NCBI GenBank assembly: GCA_036395695.1
Contig: DASWDA010000075.1
Coordinates: 13,441-77,440 of the forward strand
Origin: Gemmatimonadales bacterium
Lineage (GTDB): Bacteria > Gemmatimonadota > Gemmatimonadetes > Gemmatimonadales > GWC2-71-9
Reading direction: 5' to 3'
Length of the DNA stretch: 64,000 nucleotides
Shown here: positions 25,716 to 34,252 of the stretch, one piece after another
Layout: each line of letters starts with the position of its first letter
Position numbering within the stretch: the first letter of the stretch is position 1
The notes under the pieces: model-generated
The model's input: only the letters and a program-made list of their open reading frames with translations
Databases searched by the model: none
What the model was told of the DNA's origin: nothing
Translations under genes and position numbers: made by a program

Positions 25716-26387
25716 GTGTCTGCGACCGATGTGCTGCAGAAGGTTCCCCTGTTCAGCCAGCTCTCCGCCGCAGACCTGCAGCGGGTGGTGGAAGTCGCCC
25801 GCGACCGTACCTACCCGAAGAACTCCGTCATTCTGTTCGAGGATGATCCCGGCGATGCGCTCTTCGTCGTGGCGAAGGGTCAGGTCAAAGTCGTCCTCAT
25901 CGGCGAGGATGGCCGCGAGGTCATTCTCTCGGTGCTCGGCGAAGGGGAGTTCTTCGGCGAGATGGCGTTGATCGACGACGAGCCACGCTCCGCGCACGTC
26001 ATCGCGATGGAGGACTCGACGCTGTACGTGCTGCGGCGCGAAGACTTCCAGGGCATTCTCGAGCATGCGCCGGGCATCGGCCTCGCCCTGCTCCGCGAAC
26101 TGTCACGCCGCCTCCGCCGCGTCGATGAAAAAGTCGGCAGTCTCGTCCTGCTCGACGTGCACGGCCGTGTCGCCCAACTGCTGCTTGACCTCGCCGACGA
26201 AACGGACGGCCAGCGCATCACGCGCCGTCTCACCCATCACACGATCGCCCAGATGATCGGCTCGTCCCGCGAAACAGTGTCGCGGACCATGCGCGAGCTC
26301 GTTGATAAGGGAATGATTGACGTAAGTCGCAAGGACATTGTGATCAAAGACCGCGGCTCGCTCGAGCAGGCGGCGGGGCGGTCGTGA
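25716..26387 (+). CDS. Crp/Fnr family transcriptional regulator (cNMP-binding domain plus HTH)
   Basis: LFVVAKGQVKVVLIGEDGREVILSVLGEGEFFGEMALID is a cNMP-binding fold. TIAQMIGSSRETVSRTMRELVDKGMI is the HTH. Confidence 0.85.
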   Translation: MSATDVLQKVPLFSQLSAADLQRVVEVARDRTYPKNSVILFEDDPGDALFVVAKGQVKVVLIGEDGREVILSVLGEGEFFGEMALIDDEPRSAHVIAMEDSTLYVLRREDFQGILEHAPGIGLALLRELSRRLRRVDEKVGSLVLLDVHGRVAQLLLDLADETDGQRITRRLTHHTIAQMIGSSRETVSRTMRELVDKGMIDVSRKDIVIKDRGSLEQAAGRS

Positions 26388-26441
26388 CTCGCATCACGGC
26401 TCTACGTCACTAATTACCAGTAACTTAGCCCGAGTATAGGC

Positions 26442-27320
26442 GTGTCCACACGCACGACGTACACGGTGACCTTCTGGGGAACCCGGGGGAGTATTCCTAC
26501 TCCCGGGCTCGCGACGTCGCGGTACGGCGGCAACACGCCGTGCGTCGCCGTGGAAGGCACAGGAGGCCAACTCGTCGTGCTCGACGCCGGTACCGGAATC
26601 CGGGCGCTGGGGCTCGATCTGGTGGCGAAACAAAACGGCGCCGCCCGTGTCGAAATTCTGCTGTCGCACGCGCATTGGGACCACATTCAAGGGCTGCCGC
26701 ACTTCAAGCCGTTCTTCGCGCCGGGCAATTCGGTGCGGATCTGGGGATCGCGTCAGGGGACGACCTCCCTCGAGGCCATCCTGCGGCAGCAGATGGATCC
26801 GGCGGTGTTTCCGGTGCCGCTCGATGCGTTGTCGGCGAAGTTGACGGTGCAACAGGTGGACACGGACGACTTCTCGATCGGCGAGTTTCGGGTCCGGACG
26901 ATGAAGTTGCGGCACCCGGGAACGACGTTGGGATTCCGGCTGACCCCCGTGAAGGGCGGGCCCAGCCTCGCCTATGTGACGGACAACGAGCTCGGCGCAG
27001 GCGGCCAGTACGACGTGTCGAAGACCTGGCGCCGCGATTTCGTGACGTTCTTGAAGGGCGTCGAGCTCTTGATCCACGACGCGATGTACACGCCGAAGGA
27101 GCTGGAGCAGCACCGCGGCTGGGGCCACTCGACCTATGAAGAAGCGGTGACCCTGGCTCAGGATGCCGGCGCGACGAAGCTCGTGTTGTTTCACCACGAG
27201 CCCGAGCACGGCGACGAAGAGATGGATGGCTTGCTGGCGGCGGCGCGCAAGTACGCGAAGGCGCGCGGAGGTTCGCTCGAAGTGGTAGCCGCCCAGGAAG
27301 GCATGAAGGTGACCCTGTGA
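26442..27320 (+). CDS. MBL-fold metallo-hydrolase (Lactamase_B_2-like)
   Basis: TFWGTRGSIPTPG...YGGNTPCVAV...LLSHAHWDHIQGLPHF...LVLFHHEP. Confidence 0.7.
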   Translation: MSTRTTYTVTFWGTRGSIPTPGLATSRYGGNTPCVAVEGTGGQLVVLDAGTGIRALGLDLVAKQNGAARVEILLSHAHWDHIQGLPHFKPFFAPGNSVRIWGSRQGTTSLEAILRQQMDPAVFPVPLDALSAKLTVQQVDTDDFSIGEFRVRTMKLRHPGTTLGFRLTPVKGGPSLAYVTDNELGAGGQYDVSKTWRRDFVTFLKGVELLIHDAMYTPKELEQHRGWGHSTYEEAVTLAQDAGATKLVLFHHEPEHGDEEMDGLLAAARKYAKARGGSLEVVAAQEGMKVTL

Positions 27321-27334
27321 CCGAAGGAGTAGCT

Positions 27335-28030
27335 ATGCGCACGCGTGCAGTCATGACGGTCCTGAGCCTGGTTCCGGTGCTCCTCGCTGCGCAGCAGCGC
27401 AGCCAGGATACCCGCCCCGGTATCGCCGTCCTCCCCTTCAGCAACGGTGGCTCCTACGGTCAGGGCAAAGAAGATTTCGACGCCCTGGAGCGCGGCATCG
27501 CCGGGATGATGATCTCCGAGCTGGAACAGAATCCGGCGGCGCGTCTGGTCGAGCGCCAGGAAATCCAGCACCTGGTCGACGAGCAGAACCTCGGTGCGCA
27601 AGGCCGCGTGGATGCCCAGACCGCCGCCAAGGTCGGGAAGCTCGTCGGCGCCCGCTACGTCGTGCTCGGCACCTTCATTGATTTCTACGGTGACTTCCGC
27701 GTCGACGTCCGCCTCGTGAACACCGAAACGAGCGAAATCGTAAAGACCGAGTCGGAACGGATGCAGCGCGATCACATGTTCGACATCATCCGCAACATCG
27801 CGGCGCGGCTGATGAAGGACGCGAATCTCCCCGCGCTGCAGCGCCAGGCGTCGGACCAACGCATGAGCCGCCAGATTCCGACGGAGGCCCTGACGTACTA
27901 TTCGCGCGGCCTGCTGTACCAGGATCGCGGCGACAAGGCGAAGGCGGCCGACATGTTCACGCACGCCCTCGACATCTTCCCCCAATACGCTGAGGCCCAG
28001 GAAGGCCTGCAGCACGTGAAGTCGTCCTAA
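27335..28030 (+). CDS. CsgG/LpoB-like periplasmic protein with a C-terminal TPR
   Basis: The signal peptide is MRTRAVMTVLSLVPVLLAAQQ. GIAVLPFSNGGS...LVERQEIQHLVDEQNLG...AAKVGKLVGARYVVLGTF is CsgG-like. The TPR-like tail is ALTYYSRGLLYQDRGDKAKAADMF. AAGGAG lies 6 nt upstream of ATG 27335. Confidence 0.55.
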   Translation: MRTRAVMTVLSLVPVLLAAQQRSQDTRPGIAVLPFSNGGSYGQGKEDFDALERGIAGMMISELEQNPAARLVERQEIQHLVDEQNLGAQGRVDAQTAAKVGKLVGARYVVLGTFIDFYGDFRVDVRLVNTETSEIVKTESERMQRDHMFDIIRNIAARLMKDANLPALQRQASDQRMSRQIPTEALTYYSRGLLYQDRGDKAKAADMFTHALDIFPQYAEAQEGLQHVKSS

Positions 28031-28032
28031 CG

Positions 28033-28812
28033 GACCCCTTCACCCGCCTCGGCAAGTCGACTGCGCGCCGGCTCTCCCGATTAGGAGCGCTGGCGCGCTT
28101 CGGCTTTGGCTCCCTCCGCGCCGCCACCCGCCTCACCGCCGCCGGTCGCGCGGTCGCGGCGCGGCTCGCCATCACCCAAGTCCGCTTCACCGCGCTCAAC
28201 GCCGTCGGGCTGGTCACCCTGCTTTCCGGGATTCTGTCGTTTCTCGTGATCTCGCAGCTGACACGTGAGCTGAAGGGCATCGGCGCGACGGACCTGATCG
28301 GCACCGTCATCGTCGTCGCGATCGTGCGCGAGCTGGGACCCCTGCTCACCGCCCTCGTCGTCGTGGGCCGGTCCGGCACCGCCATCGCCGCCGAGCTCGC
28401 GACCAATCAGGTCATGGGCGAAGTCCGCGCGCTCGAGTTCATGGGCATCGATCCCAAGCAATACCTCGTGCTGCCGCGCTTCGTCGGATCGTTGGTGAGC
28501 GTCTTCGCGCTACTCATCGTGTTCGACTTCGTCGCGATCATGGCGGGCTTCGCCGCGGCCCGGTTCAACGGCCTGCCTGGCCCCCGCTATTTCCAGATCG
28601 TGCTCCAGTCGCTCACGAACCGCGATGTGTGGCTCACGATCTTCAAGGCCCTGGCCTTCGGCGCGATCGTCGGCGTGGTGCCGAGCTACTTCGGCCTGGC
28701 GGTGCGCCGGGCCTCGACGGAGATCCCGATCGCGGCAAGCCGGGCGGTCGTGGCGGCGCTCGTCGGCATCTTCCTGTGCTCGGCGTTGTTCGTGGCCCTG
28801 GGCGGATCATGA
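28033..28812 (+). CDS. mlaE: MlaE-family ABC transporter permease
   Basis: VVAIVRELGPLLTALVVVGRSGTAIAAELATNQVMGEVRALEFMGIDP is the MlaE signature region. Homology (RLGKSTARRLSRLGALARFGFGSL...) runs from about 28033, but the first ATG/GTG/TTG in this frame is GTG 28246, so the start codon is unresolved. Confidence 0.8.
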   Translation, partial: DPFTRLGKSTARRLSRLGALARFGFGSLRAATRLTAAGRAVAARLAITQVRFTALNAVGLVTLLSGILSFLVISQLTRELKGIGATDLIGTVIVVAIVRELGPLLTALVVVGRSGTAIAAELATNQVMGEVRALEFMGIDPKQYLVLPRFVGSLVSVFALLIVFDFVAIMAGFAAARFNGLPGPRYFQIVLQSLTNRDVWLTIFKALAFGAIVGVVPSYFGLAVRRASTEIPIAASRAVVAALVGIFLCSALFVALGGS

Positions 28813-29486
28813 CGGCTCCGCTCGTTTTCGATTCGATCCCGATCGCCCGGCAGGCATCCGCCCCCTTCTCGCTGGAGGTCGCAGAGCGGCGGACGGTCGC
28901 GGTGCTGGGAGATGAAGACTCCGGGGTCGGGCTGCTGGGAGGATTGGCGCTGGGGCTGGAGCGGCCGCCGGCGGGTCGCGCGCTGATCTTCGGCACGGTC
29001 ATCGCCACGCTTCCAGAGCCTGCGCGTTTAGCATTCCGCAGGCGCGTGGGCTACCTTCCCGCCGGCGAGGGGCTGCTGCAGAATCTCTCGCTGCGCGACA
29101 ACGTGGCGCTGCCGCTCAGGTTCGGCAGCGGCGCCGCCCCGCGGGAGATCGAAGGTCGCGTCACCGTCATGTTGACTGCGCTGCGGCTCACCGGCGCCGC
29201 GAACCTGCGCCCCGCGCAGGCCAACGAAGAGGAACGGCGCCGTGCGGCCCTGGCACGCGCCATCGCGTTCGATCCGACGTTGCTCATCCTGGAGCAGCCA
29301 TTCGATGGTCTGACGGCGCGCGTGGCGTCGGAGCTGCTGGAAATCGCGCGCGGCGGCGAGTCCGCCGACGGCGCACGGCGCACGATCTTCATCACCGGGC
29401 AGGAGATTCCGCCGATCATTTTGCGGCGCGTGGATCAGGTGTACCGGCTCACGCGCGCCGGCATGCTGGAGCCGGAAACCGTCTAG
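28809..29486 (+). CDS. MlaF-like ABC ATPase-fold protein with all catalytic motifs degenerate (predicted pseudo-ATPase)
   Basis: It is colinear with MlaF. Walker A GPSGIGKTT is replaced by GDEDSGVGL. The signature LSGG is replaced by ANEE. Walker B FDEP is replaced by LEQP. The H-loop SHD is replaced by TGQ. The RRAALARAIAFDPTLLIL scaffold is retained. An ATGA overlap joins it to mlaE. Confidence 0.7.
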   Translation: MTAPLVFDSIPIARQASAPFSLEVAERRTVAVLGDEDSGVGLLGGLALGLERPPAGRALIFGTVIATLPEPARLAFRRRVGYLPAGEGLLQNLSLRDNVALPLRFGSGAAPREIEGRVTVMLTALRLTGAANLRPAQANEEERRRAALARAIAFDPTLLILEQPFDGLTARVASELLEIARGGESADGARRTIFITGQEIPPIILRRVDQVYRLTRAGMLEPETV

Positions 29487-29509
29487 GGGACGAGGGAGAG
29501 GACTGGGGA

Positions 29510-30430
29510 GTGGAAACGCGGCAGGACTTCTACGTCGGCGTGCTGATCGTGGCGACGATCGCGCTCGTGCTGGGCGCGCTGATCGCGACGAGCGGCTGGG
29601 GCGAGCGGCGCTATGAGCTGTACGTGCGCGTGATCAGCGCCGACGGCATCTCGCGCGGGACGCCGGTCGTGATCGAAGGGCTGGACGTGGGACAAGTCAC
29701 CAGCGTCTCCCCGCGCGTGGACTCGGCCACGCGCCGGATCTCGTTCGTCGCCAAGTTGTCGGTTAAGGAGCGGTTCGAGAACGGCTCGAGCCTCCAGCTC
29801 CCGCTGGGCACGCGCGTCGAGCTCGTGCAGACAAGCCAGATCTCGCCGGCGGTCGCGATTCGTCTGGTGCTGCCCGACACGATCCGCGGACGCCGTATCT
29901 ACCTCCATGCCGGCGACACGCTCGACTCCCGGCGCAAAGGCAGTGCGCTCGAAGCCGTGGCGGAAGTCGCGGACGAGCTGTCGCAGCGCGTGCAGGAGAT
30001 GGTCCGCACAGCGACGCAGACGCTCGTCCGCGTGCAGTCCACGCTGCGGGAGGTGACGCCCGACGTCGAGCGGACGCTGACCGGCGTCGCGTCCACGATG
30101 GGCCGGCTCGACTCGATGGTGAACCGGTTCTCACAGCGCGGCCTAGCGGATTCGGTTTCGACCGCGGTCGCGAACACCAACCGCCTGCTGCTGCGCCTCG
30201 ACTCCCTCGCGCATGAAGCGCACTCGCTCGCCACGGAAAACCGCAGCGATCTCCGGCTCACCGTCGCGAACCTGACGGAAGCGTCGCGGCAGCTCAACAA
30301 TTTCGTGGACCAGATGTCGCGGCGACCGTTCCGCGCGCTCACGGGCGTGAAACCCTTGCCGCCACGCGATACGACCCGCGCCGCGGCCGATAGCGCCGCC
30401 GCGCGCGGCGCGGTCGGGGTCAAGCCGTGA
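29510..30430 (+). CDS. mlaD: MlaD/MCE-domain protein (single N-terminal TM helix)
   Basis: FYVGVLIVATIALVLGALIA is the TM helix. YELYVRVISADGISRGTPVVIEGLDVGQVTSVSP is the MCE core. A helical tail follows. Confidence 0.8.
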   Translation: METRQDFYVGVLIVATIALVLGALIATSGWGERRYELYVRVISADGISRGTPVVIEGLDVGQVTSVSPRVDSATRRISFVAKLSVKERFENGSSLQLPLGTRVELVQTSQISPAVAIRLVLPDTIRGRRIYLHAGDTLDSRRKGSALEAVAEVADELSQRVQEMVRTATQTLVRVQSTLREVTPDVERTLTGVASTMGRLDSMVNRFSQRGLADSVSTAVANTNRLLLRLDSLAHEAHSLATENRSDLRLTVANLTEASRQLNNFVDQMSRRPFRALTGVKPLPPRDTTRAAADSAAARGAVGVKP

Positions 30431-32382
30431 GATACCTGCTCCTGCACCCGCCGCGGTGGCAGCCCGACGCCGTCGCGCCGGCGCTGGAGACGTCGCAGGT
30501 CGAGGCGCGGCCTGTGCGCCAGGCGAAGGAGCTGATGGTCGCCGACGACCGGCCGACCGTCTTCCTGCTCGACGCCGAGAGTCGCTCGATCTTCCCGGTC
30601 GACGTCATGCGCTCGTTCGTGGACGCGGGCGGCGCGATCGTCGCGCTGGGACGCGACGGCGAGAACGACGTGCCGGACGGCATGCCGACGGAATTCCTGT
30701 CCGGCTTCCTGACCCAGCCGACCAGTCCGCGCGGCCTGCTCGTCGCCATCCGCGCGGGGTTCCGCGAAGCGGCCGCGCGCGCCGAAACGGCGCGGGCGCG
30801 CGGCGAGGCGGCGCAGCGCGCCCGGGAAATCGGCGAGTTGACGCGCATCGGCGTCGCGCTCGGAACCGAACGAGACATCAAGACGCTGCTCGATCTGATC
30901 CTGACGCAGTCGCGCCGCATCACGCAGTCGGATGCCGGCAGCCTCTACCTCGTCGAAACGAACGACAACGGCGACAAGCGGCTGCGCTTCCGGCTCGCGC
31001 AGACCCTCTCCAAACCGGAAGCCCCGTTCGTCGAGCACACGATTCCCGTCGATCGCGGCAGCCTCGCCGGCTACTGCGCCGTCACGGGCGACCCGCTCGT
31101 CATCGACGATGCCTACTTCCTGCCGCCCGACGTCGAGTACACCATCAACCGCTCGTTCGACGAGCGGTACGGCTACCGCACGAAATCGATGCTCGTGATT
31201 CCGATGAAGGACCACAAGGACGAGATCATCGGCGTGCTGCAGCTCATCAATCGCAAGCGCAACTTCGACGCCATTCTGACGACGTCCGCGGACGTCGACC
31301 GCCAGGTGGTGCCCTTCTCCAAACGCACGGTCGAGCTCGTCACCGCGCTGGCCGGCCAGGCCGCGGTCGCCATCGAGAACAGCCGGCTGTACGACGACAT
31401 CGAGAGGCTGTTCGAGGGATTCGTCCTGGCGGCGGTGCACGCGATCGAGCAGCGCGACCCGACGACCTACGGCCACAGCGGCCGCGTGGCGGGCATGACG
31501 GTGAGCCTGGCCGAGGTGGTCGACCGGGCCGGGGACGGGCCGTATCGGGGCGTGAGGTTCTCGCGCGAGCAGCTGAAGGAGATCCGCTATGCCGCGCTGC
31601 TGCACGACTTCGGCAAAGTCGGCGTCCGTGAGCAGGTGCTCATCAAGGCGAAAAAGCTGTACCCGTCCGACCTCGGCCTCGTGCGTCACCGTCATGCGTT
31701 CATCCGGCGGACGGCGGAGCGCGAATTCTGGCGCAAGCGCGCCGAGTTTCTCGAGGCCCACGGCAAGAACGGCTACGACCGCTTCATCAAGGAGCTCGAA
31801 GCCGCGCACGAGCAGGAGCTGAAGGAGCTGGACCGCTTCCTCGAAATTGTGCTCCAGGCAAACGAGCCGAGCATCCTGCCCGACGGCAGCTTCGACGATC
31901 TCAAGGCGTGGTCGAAGCGCAGCTACCTGGCATTTGACGGCGCGACCGAGCCATTTCTCTCAGACGACGAGATGCGGTACCTGACGATTCGCAAAGGCAG
32001 CCTGGACGACGCCGAGCGGCACGAGATCGAGAGTCACGTCACGCACACGTTCGAGTTTTTGCAGCGCATTCCGTGGACCCGCGAGCTCCAGCAGATCCCG
32101 CTCATCGCCTACGGGCATCATGAAAAGATGGACGGACGCGGGTATCCCCGGCGCATTACCGCCGACGCGATTCCGGTTCAGACGCGGATGATGACGATCA
32201 GTGACATCTACGACGCGTTGACGGCCCAGGACCGGCCGTACAAGCGGGCGGTGTCCGTCGATCGCGCGCTCGACATCCTCACGACTGAAGTAAAAGAGGG
32301 TCAGCTCGACCCGGACCTGTTCAAGCTGTTCATCGACGGCAAGCTATTCCAGCGTCCGGCGGAGGACGCCACCGCGCCTTAG
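30427..32382 (+). CDS. Receiver-like, GAF and HD-GYP domain protein (putative c-di-GMP phosphodiesterase)
   Basis: The GAF domain is SDAGSLYLVETNDNGDKRLRF...MLVIPMKDHKDEIIGVLQLINRK. The HD-GYP domain is GHSGRVAGM...AALLHDFGKVGV...AYGHHEKMDGRGYP...ISDIYDALTAQDRPYK. A GTGA overlap joins it to mlaD. Confidence 0.8.
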   Translation: MRYLLLHPPRWQPDAVAPALETSQVEARPVRQAKELMVADDRPTVFLLDAESRSIFPVDVMRSFVDAGGAIVALGRDGENDVPDGMPTEFLSGFLTQPTSPRGLLVAIRAGFREAAARAETARARGEAAQRAREIGELTRIGVALGTERDIKTLLDLILTQSRRITQSDAGSLYLVETNDNGDKRLRFRLAQTLSKPEAPFVEHTIPVDRGSLAGYCAVTGDPLVIDDAYFLPPDVEYTINRSFDERYGYRTKSMLVIPMKDHKDEIIGVLQLINRKRNFDAILTTSADVDRQVVPFSKRTVELVTALAGQAAVAIENSRLYDDIERLFEGFVLAAVHAIEQRDPTTYGHSGRVAGMTVSLAEVVDRAGDGPYRGVRFSREQLKEIRYAALLHDFGKVGVREQVLIKAKKLYPSDLGLVRHRHAFIRRTAEREFWRKRAEFLEAHGKNGYDRFIKELEAAHEQELKELDRFLEIVLQANEPSILPDGSFDDLKAWSKRSYLAFDGATEPFLSDDEMRYLTIRKGSLDDAERHEIESHVTHTFEFLQRIPWTRELQQIPLIAYGHHEKMDGRGYPRRITADAIPVQTRMMTISDIYDALTAQDRPYKRAVSVDRALDILTTEVKEGQLDPDLFKLFIDGKLFQRPAEDATAP

Positions 32383-32735
32383 GACAGCAGCAGCTTCACC
32401 GACATCAGCAGCAGGAACCCGCCAAACAGCTTCCGCAGCATCACATCCGAAATCGAGCCCGCCAGCCGGGCCCCAAAGTAGGCACCGATGAGCAGGCCGA
32501 CCGCAACGACGCCGGCGTAGGCCCAGTGCACCTGGTCACGCTTGGAATACTCGAGCACCCCGAGCAACCCGACCGGCAGGAGCAGCGCCGCGAGCGACGT
32601 GCCGTGTGCCGTGTGCTGCGGCAACTTGGCGATCAGCACGAGGCCCGGAATGATGACGACCGCGCCGCCCACGCCGAACAGCCCCGAGACGACGCCCGCG
32701 AGAAGCCCAAGCAGCGAGACGAGAACCCACGTCAT
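32379..32735 (-). CDS. Half-size TauE/SafE (DUF81) family membrane transporter subunit
   Basis: It is 118 aa with about 4 TM helices. GLFGVGGAVVIIPGLVL and HTAHGTSLAALLLPVGLLG are TauE-type motifs. Confidence 0.7.
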   Translation of the reverse strand: MTWVLVSLLGLLAGVVSGLFGVGGAVVIIPGLVLIAKLPQHTAHGTSLAALLLPVGLLGVLEYSKRDQVHWAYAGVVAVGLLIGAYFGARLAGSISDVMLRKLFGGFLLLMSVKLLLS

Positions 32736-34252
32736 GTCTGTTGTCCTTTCCCCCAGCCGCCACCACCCGGGGTCTCAATGCGGAGGATATCCCCCGCGTT
32801 CAGTCGCATAGTGGTCTTCGACGCCAGCTCTTGACCGTTGAGCAGATTCGCTCCCGGCGCGCCGTCCCGCCCGCCCGCTCCACCGGCAGGCCCGTGCCGC
32901 CGCCGTTCCGTCAACAAGGTCGTCTCCATCGGGGCGAGCGCTTCGAACTCGCGGACGACGCCTTCGCCACCCGTCCACTGCCCCACGCCGCCGCTGCCGT
33001 GGCGGAGCGCGTACGTGCGCACGCGCAGCGGGTGCTCCATCTCCAGGACTTCAATCGGCGTGTTCAACGTGTTCGACATCCCGACATGCACGCCGGACGG
33101 TCCGTTGGCACCCTGACTCGCGCCTTGGCCTCCGCCAATCGTCTCGTAGTATGTCCAGCCTTCCCCCCCGAATGTCACATTGTTCATCGTGCCCTGCCCC
33201 TGTGCCGGTACCACGCAGCCACCGGCCGCCAGCGCGCGAAACACGGTGTCCGCGATGCGCTGAGACGTCTCGACGTTGCCGGCGGCGACGGCGCTCGGCG
33301 GGCGCGCGTTCACGAGACAGCCCGGCGGCGCCGTCACCTCGATCGCGCGCGGCACTCCCCCGTTCATCGGCACGTCGTCGGGCAGGAGCGTCCGCACGAC
33401 GAACAGCACCGCCGAGCGCGTCACGGCGATCGGGCAATTCACGTTGCCGGGCGCCGCAGCACGCGTTCCGGTGAAATCGGCGTGAAACATCCCGTCGCGA
33501 ATCGTCACCTCGACCCGGATCTCCAGATCCTCGTCGATGACGCCGTCACCCTCCAGATAGTCCGCGGCCGTCATTGGCGTTGCTGACGGCAGACGGCTGA
33601 TGGCTGTCTTTGTGCGTCGCTCGGCGTAGTCGAGGAGCTCGCGCGCGGCATCGCGCAACGCCGCCCACCCGTGCCGCCGCGCGAGCGCCACGAGACCGCT
33701 CGCCCCACGCTCCACCGCGGCGCGCTGCGCCGCGAGATCGCCCCGCCGCATCGCCGGCGTCCGCACATTCGCGAGCAGCATCCGCTCGAGGTCCGGCGTG
33801 AACCGGGTGGGCGGGATGATGAGACCCTCCTGATACAACTCGCGAGCGCCCGCGGGCATGCTGCCCGCCGTCATTCCCCCGATGTCGGAGTGGTGGGCGC
33901 GCACGACGCTGTATCCACCGACGTGCCCCTCGATGTCGATGGCGCCGATCAGCGTGAGATCGGGCAGATGGCTGCCGCCCGCGTACGGATCGTTGAGGAG
34001 AAACAGCTCGCCGGGCAGTGGCTCGAGCGCGCGCACCGCCGCCACCGCGTCGGCCAGTGCGCCCAGGTGCACGGGAATGTGCGCCGCCTGCGCGATCATC
34101 TCGCCACCTGCGTCGAACAGCGCCGCCGACGCGTCCCGCCGCTCCCGGATGTTCGGCGACAGGGCACTGTGCACCAGCACCAACCCCATCTCCTCCGCGA
34201 CCCCGGCGAAGGCGTGCGCCATGACCTCGAGACCGACGGCATCGAGTCTCAC
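32732..34252 (-). CDS. Hydantoinase B/oxoprolinase family protein (HyuB-like)
   Basis: DAVGLEVMAHAFAGVAEEMGLVLVHSALSPNIRERRDASAALFD...NDPYAGGSHLPD. Confidence 0.85.
   Translation of the reverse strand: MRLDAVGLEVMAHAFAGVAEEMGLVLVHSALSPNIRERRDASAALFDAGGEMIAQAAHIPVHLGALADAVAAVRALEPLPGELFLLNDPYAGGSHLPDLTLIGAIDIEGHVGGYSVVRAHHSDIGGMTAGSMPAGARELYQEGLIIPPTRFTPDLERMLLANVRTPAMRRGDLAAQRAAVERGASGLVALARRHGWAALRDAARELLDYAERRTKTAISRLPSATPMTAADYLEGDGVIDEDLEIRVEVTIRDGMFHADFTGTRAAAPGNVNCPIAVTRSAVLFVVRTLLPDDVPMNGGVPRAIEVTAPPGCLVNARPPSAVAAGNVETSQRIADTVFRALAAGGCVVPAQGQGTMNNVTFGGEGWTYYETIGGGQGASQGANGPSGVHVGMSNTLNTPIEVLEMEHPLRVRTYALRHGSGGVGQWTGGEGVVREFEALAPMETTLLTERRRHGPAGGAGGRDGAPGANLLNGQELASKTTMRLNAGDILRIETPGGGGWGKGQQT

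Noticed and set aside
29899-31809. 636-aa minus-strand ORF
   Set aside because: It is antisense to the mlaD and GAF/HD-GYP genes, which have unambiguous motifs. Its composition is shadow-ORF-like.
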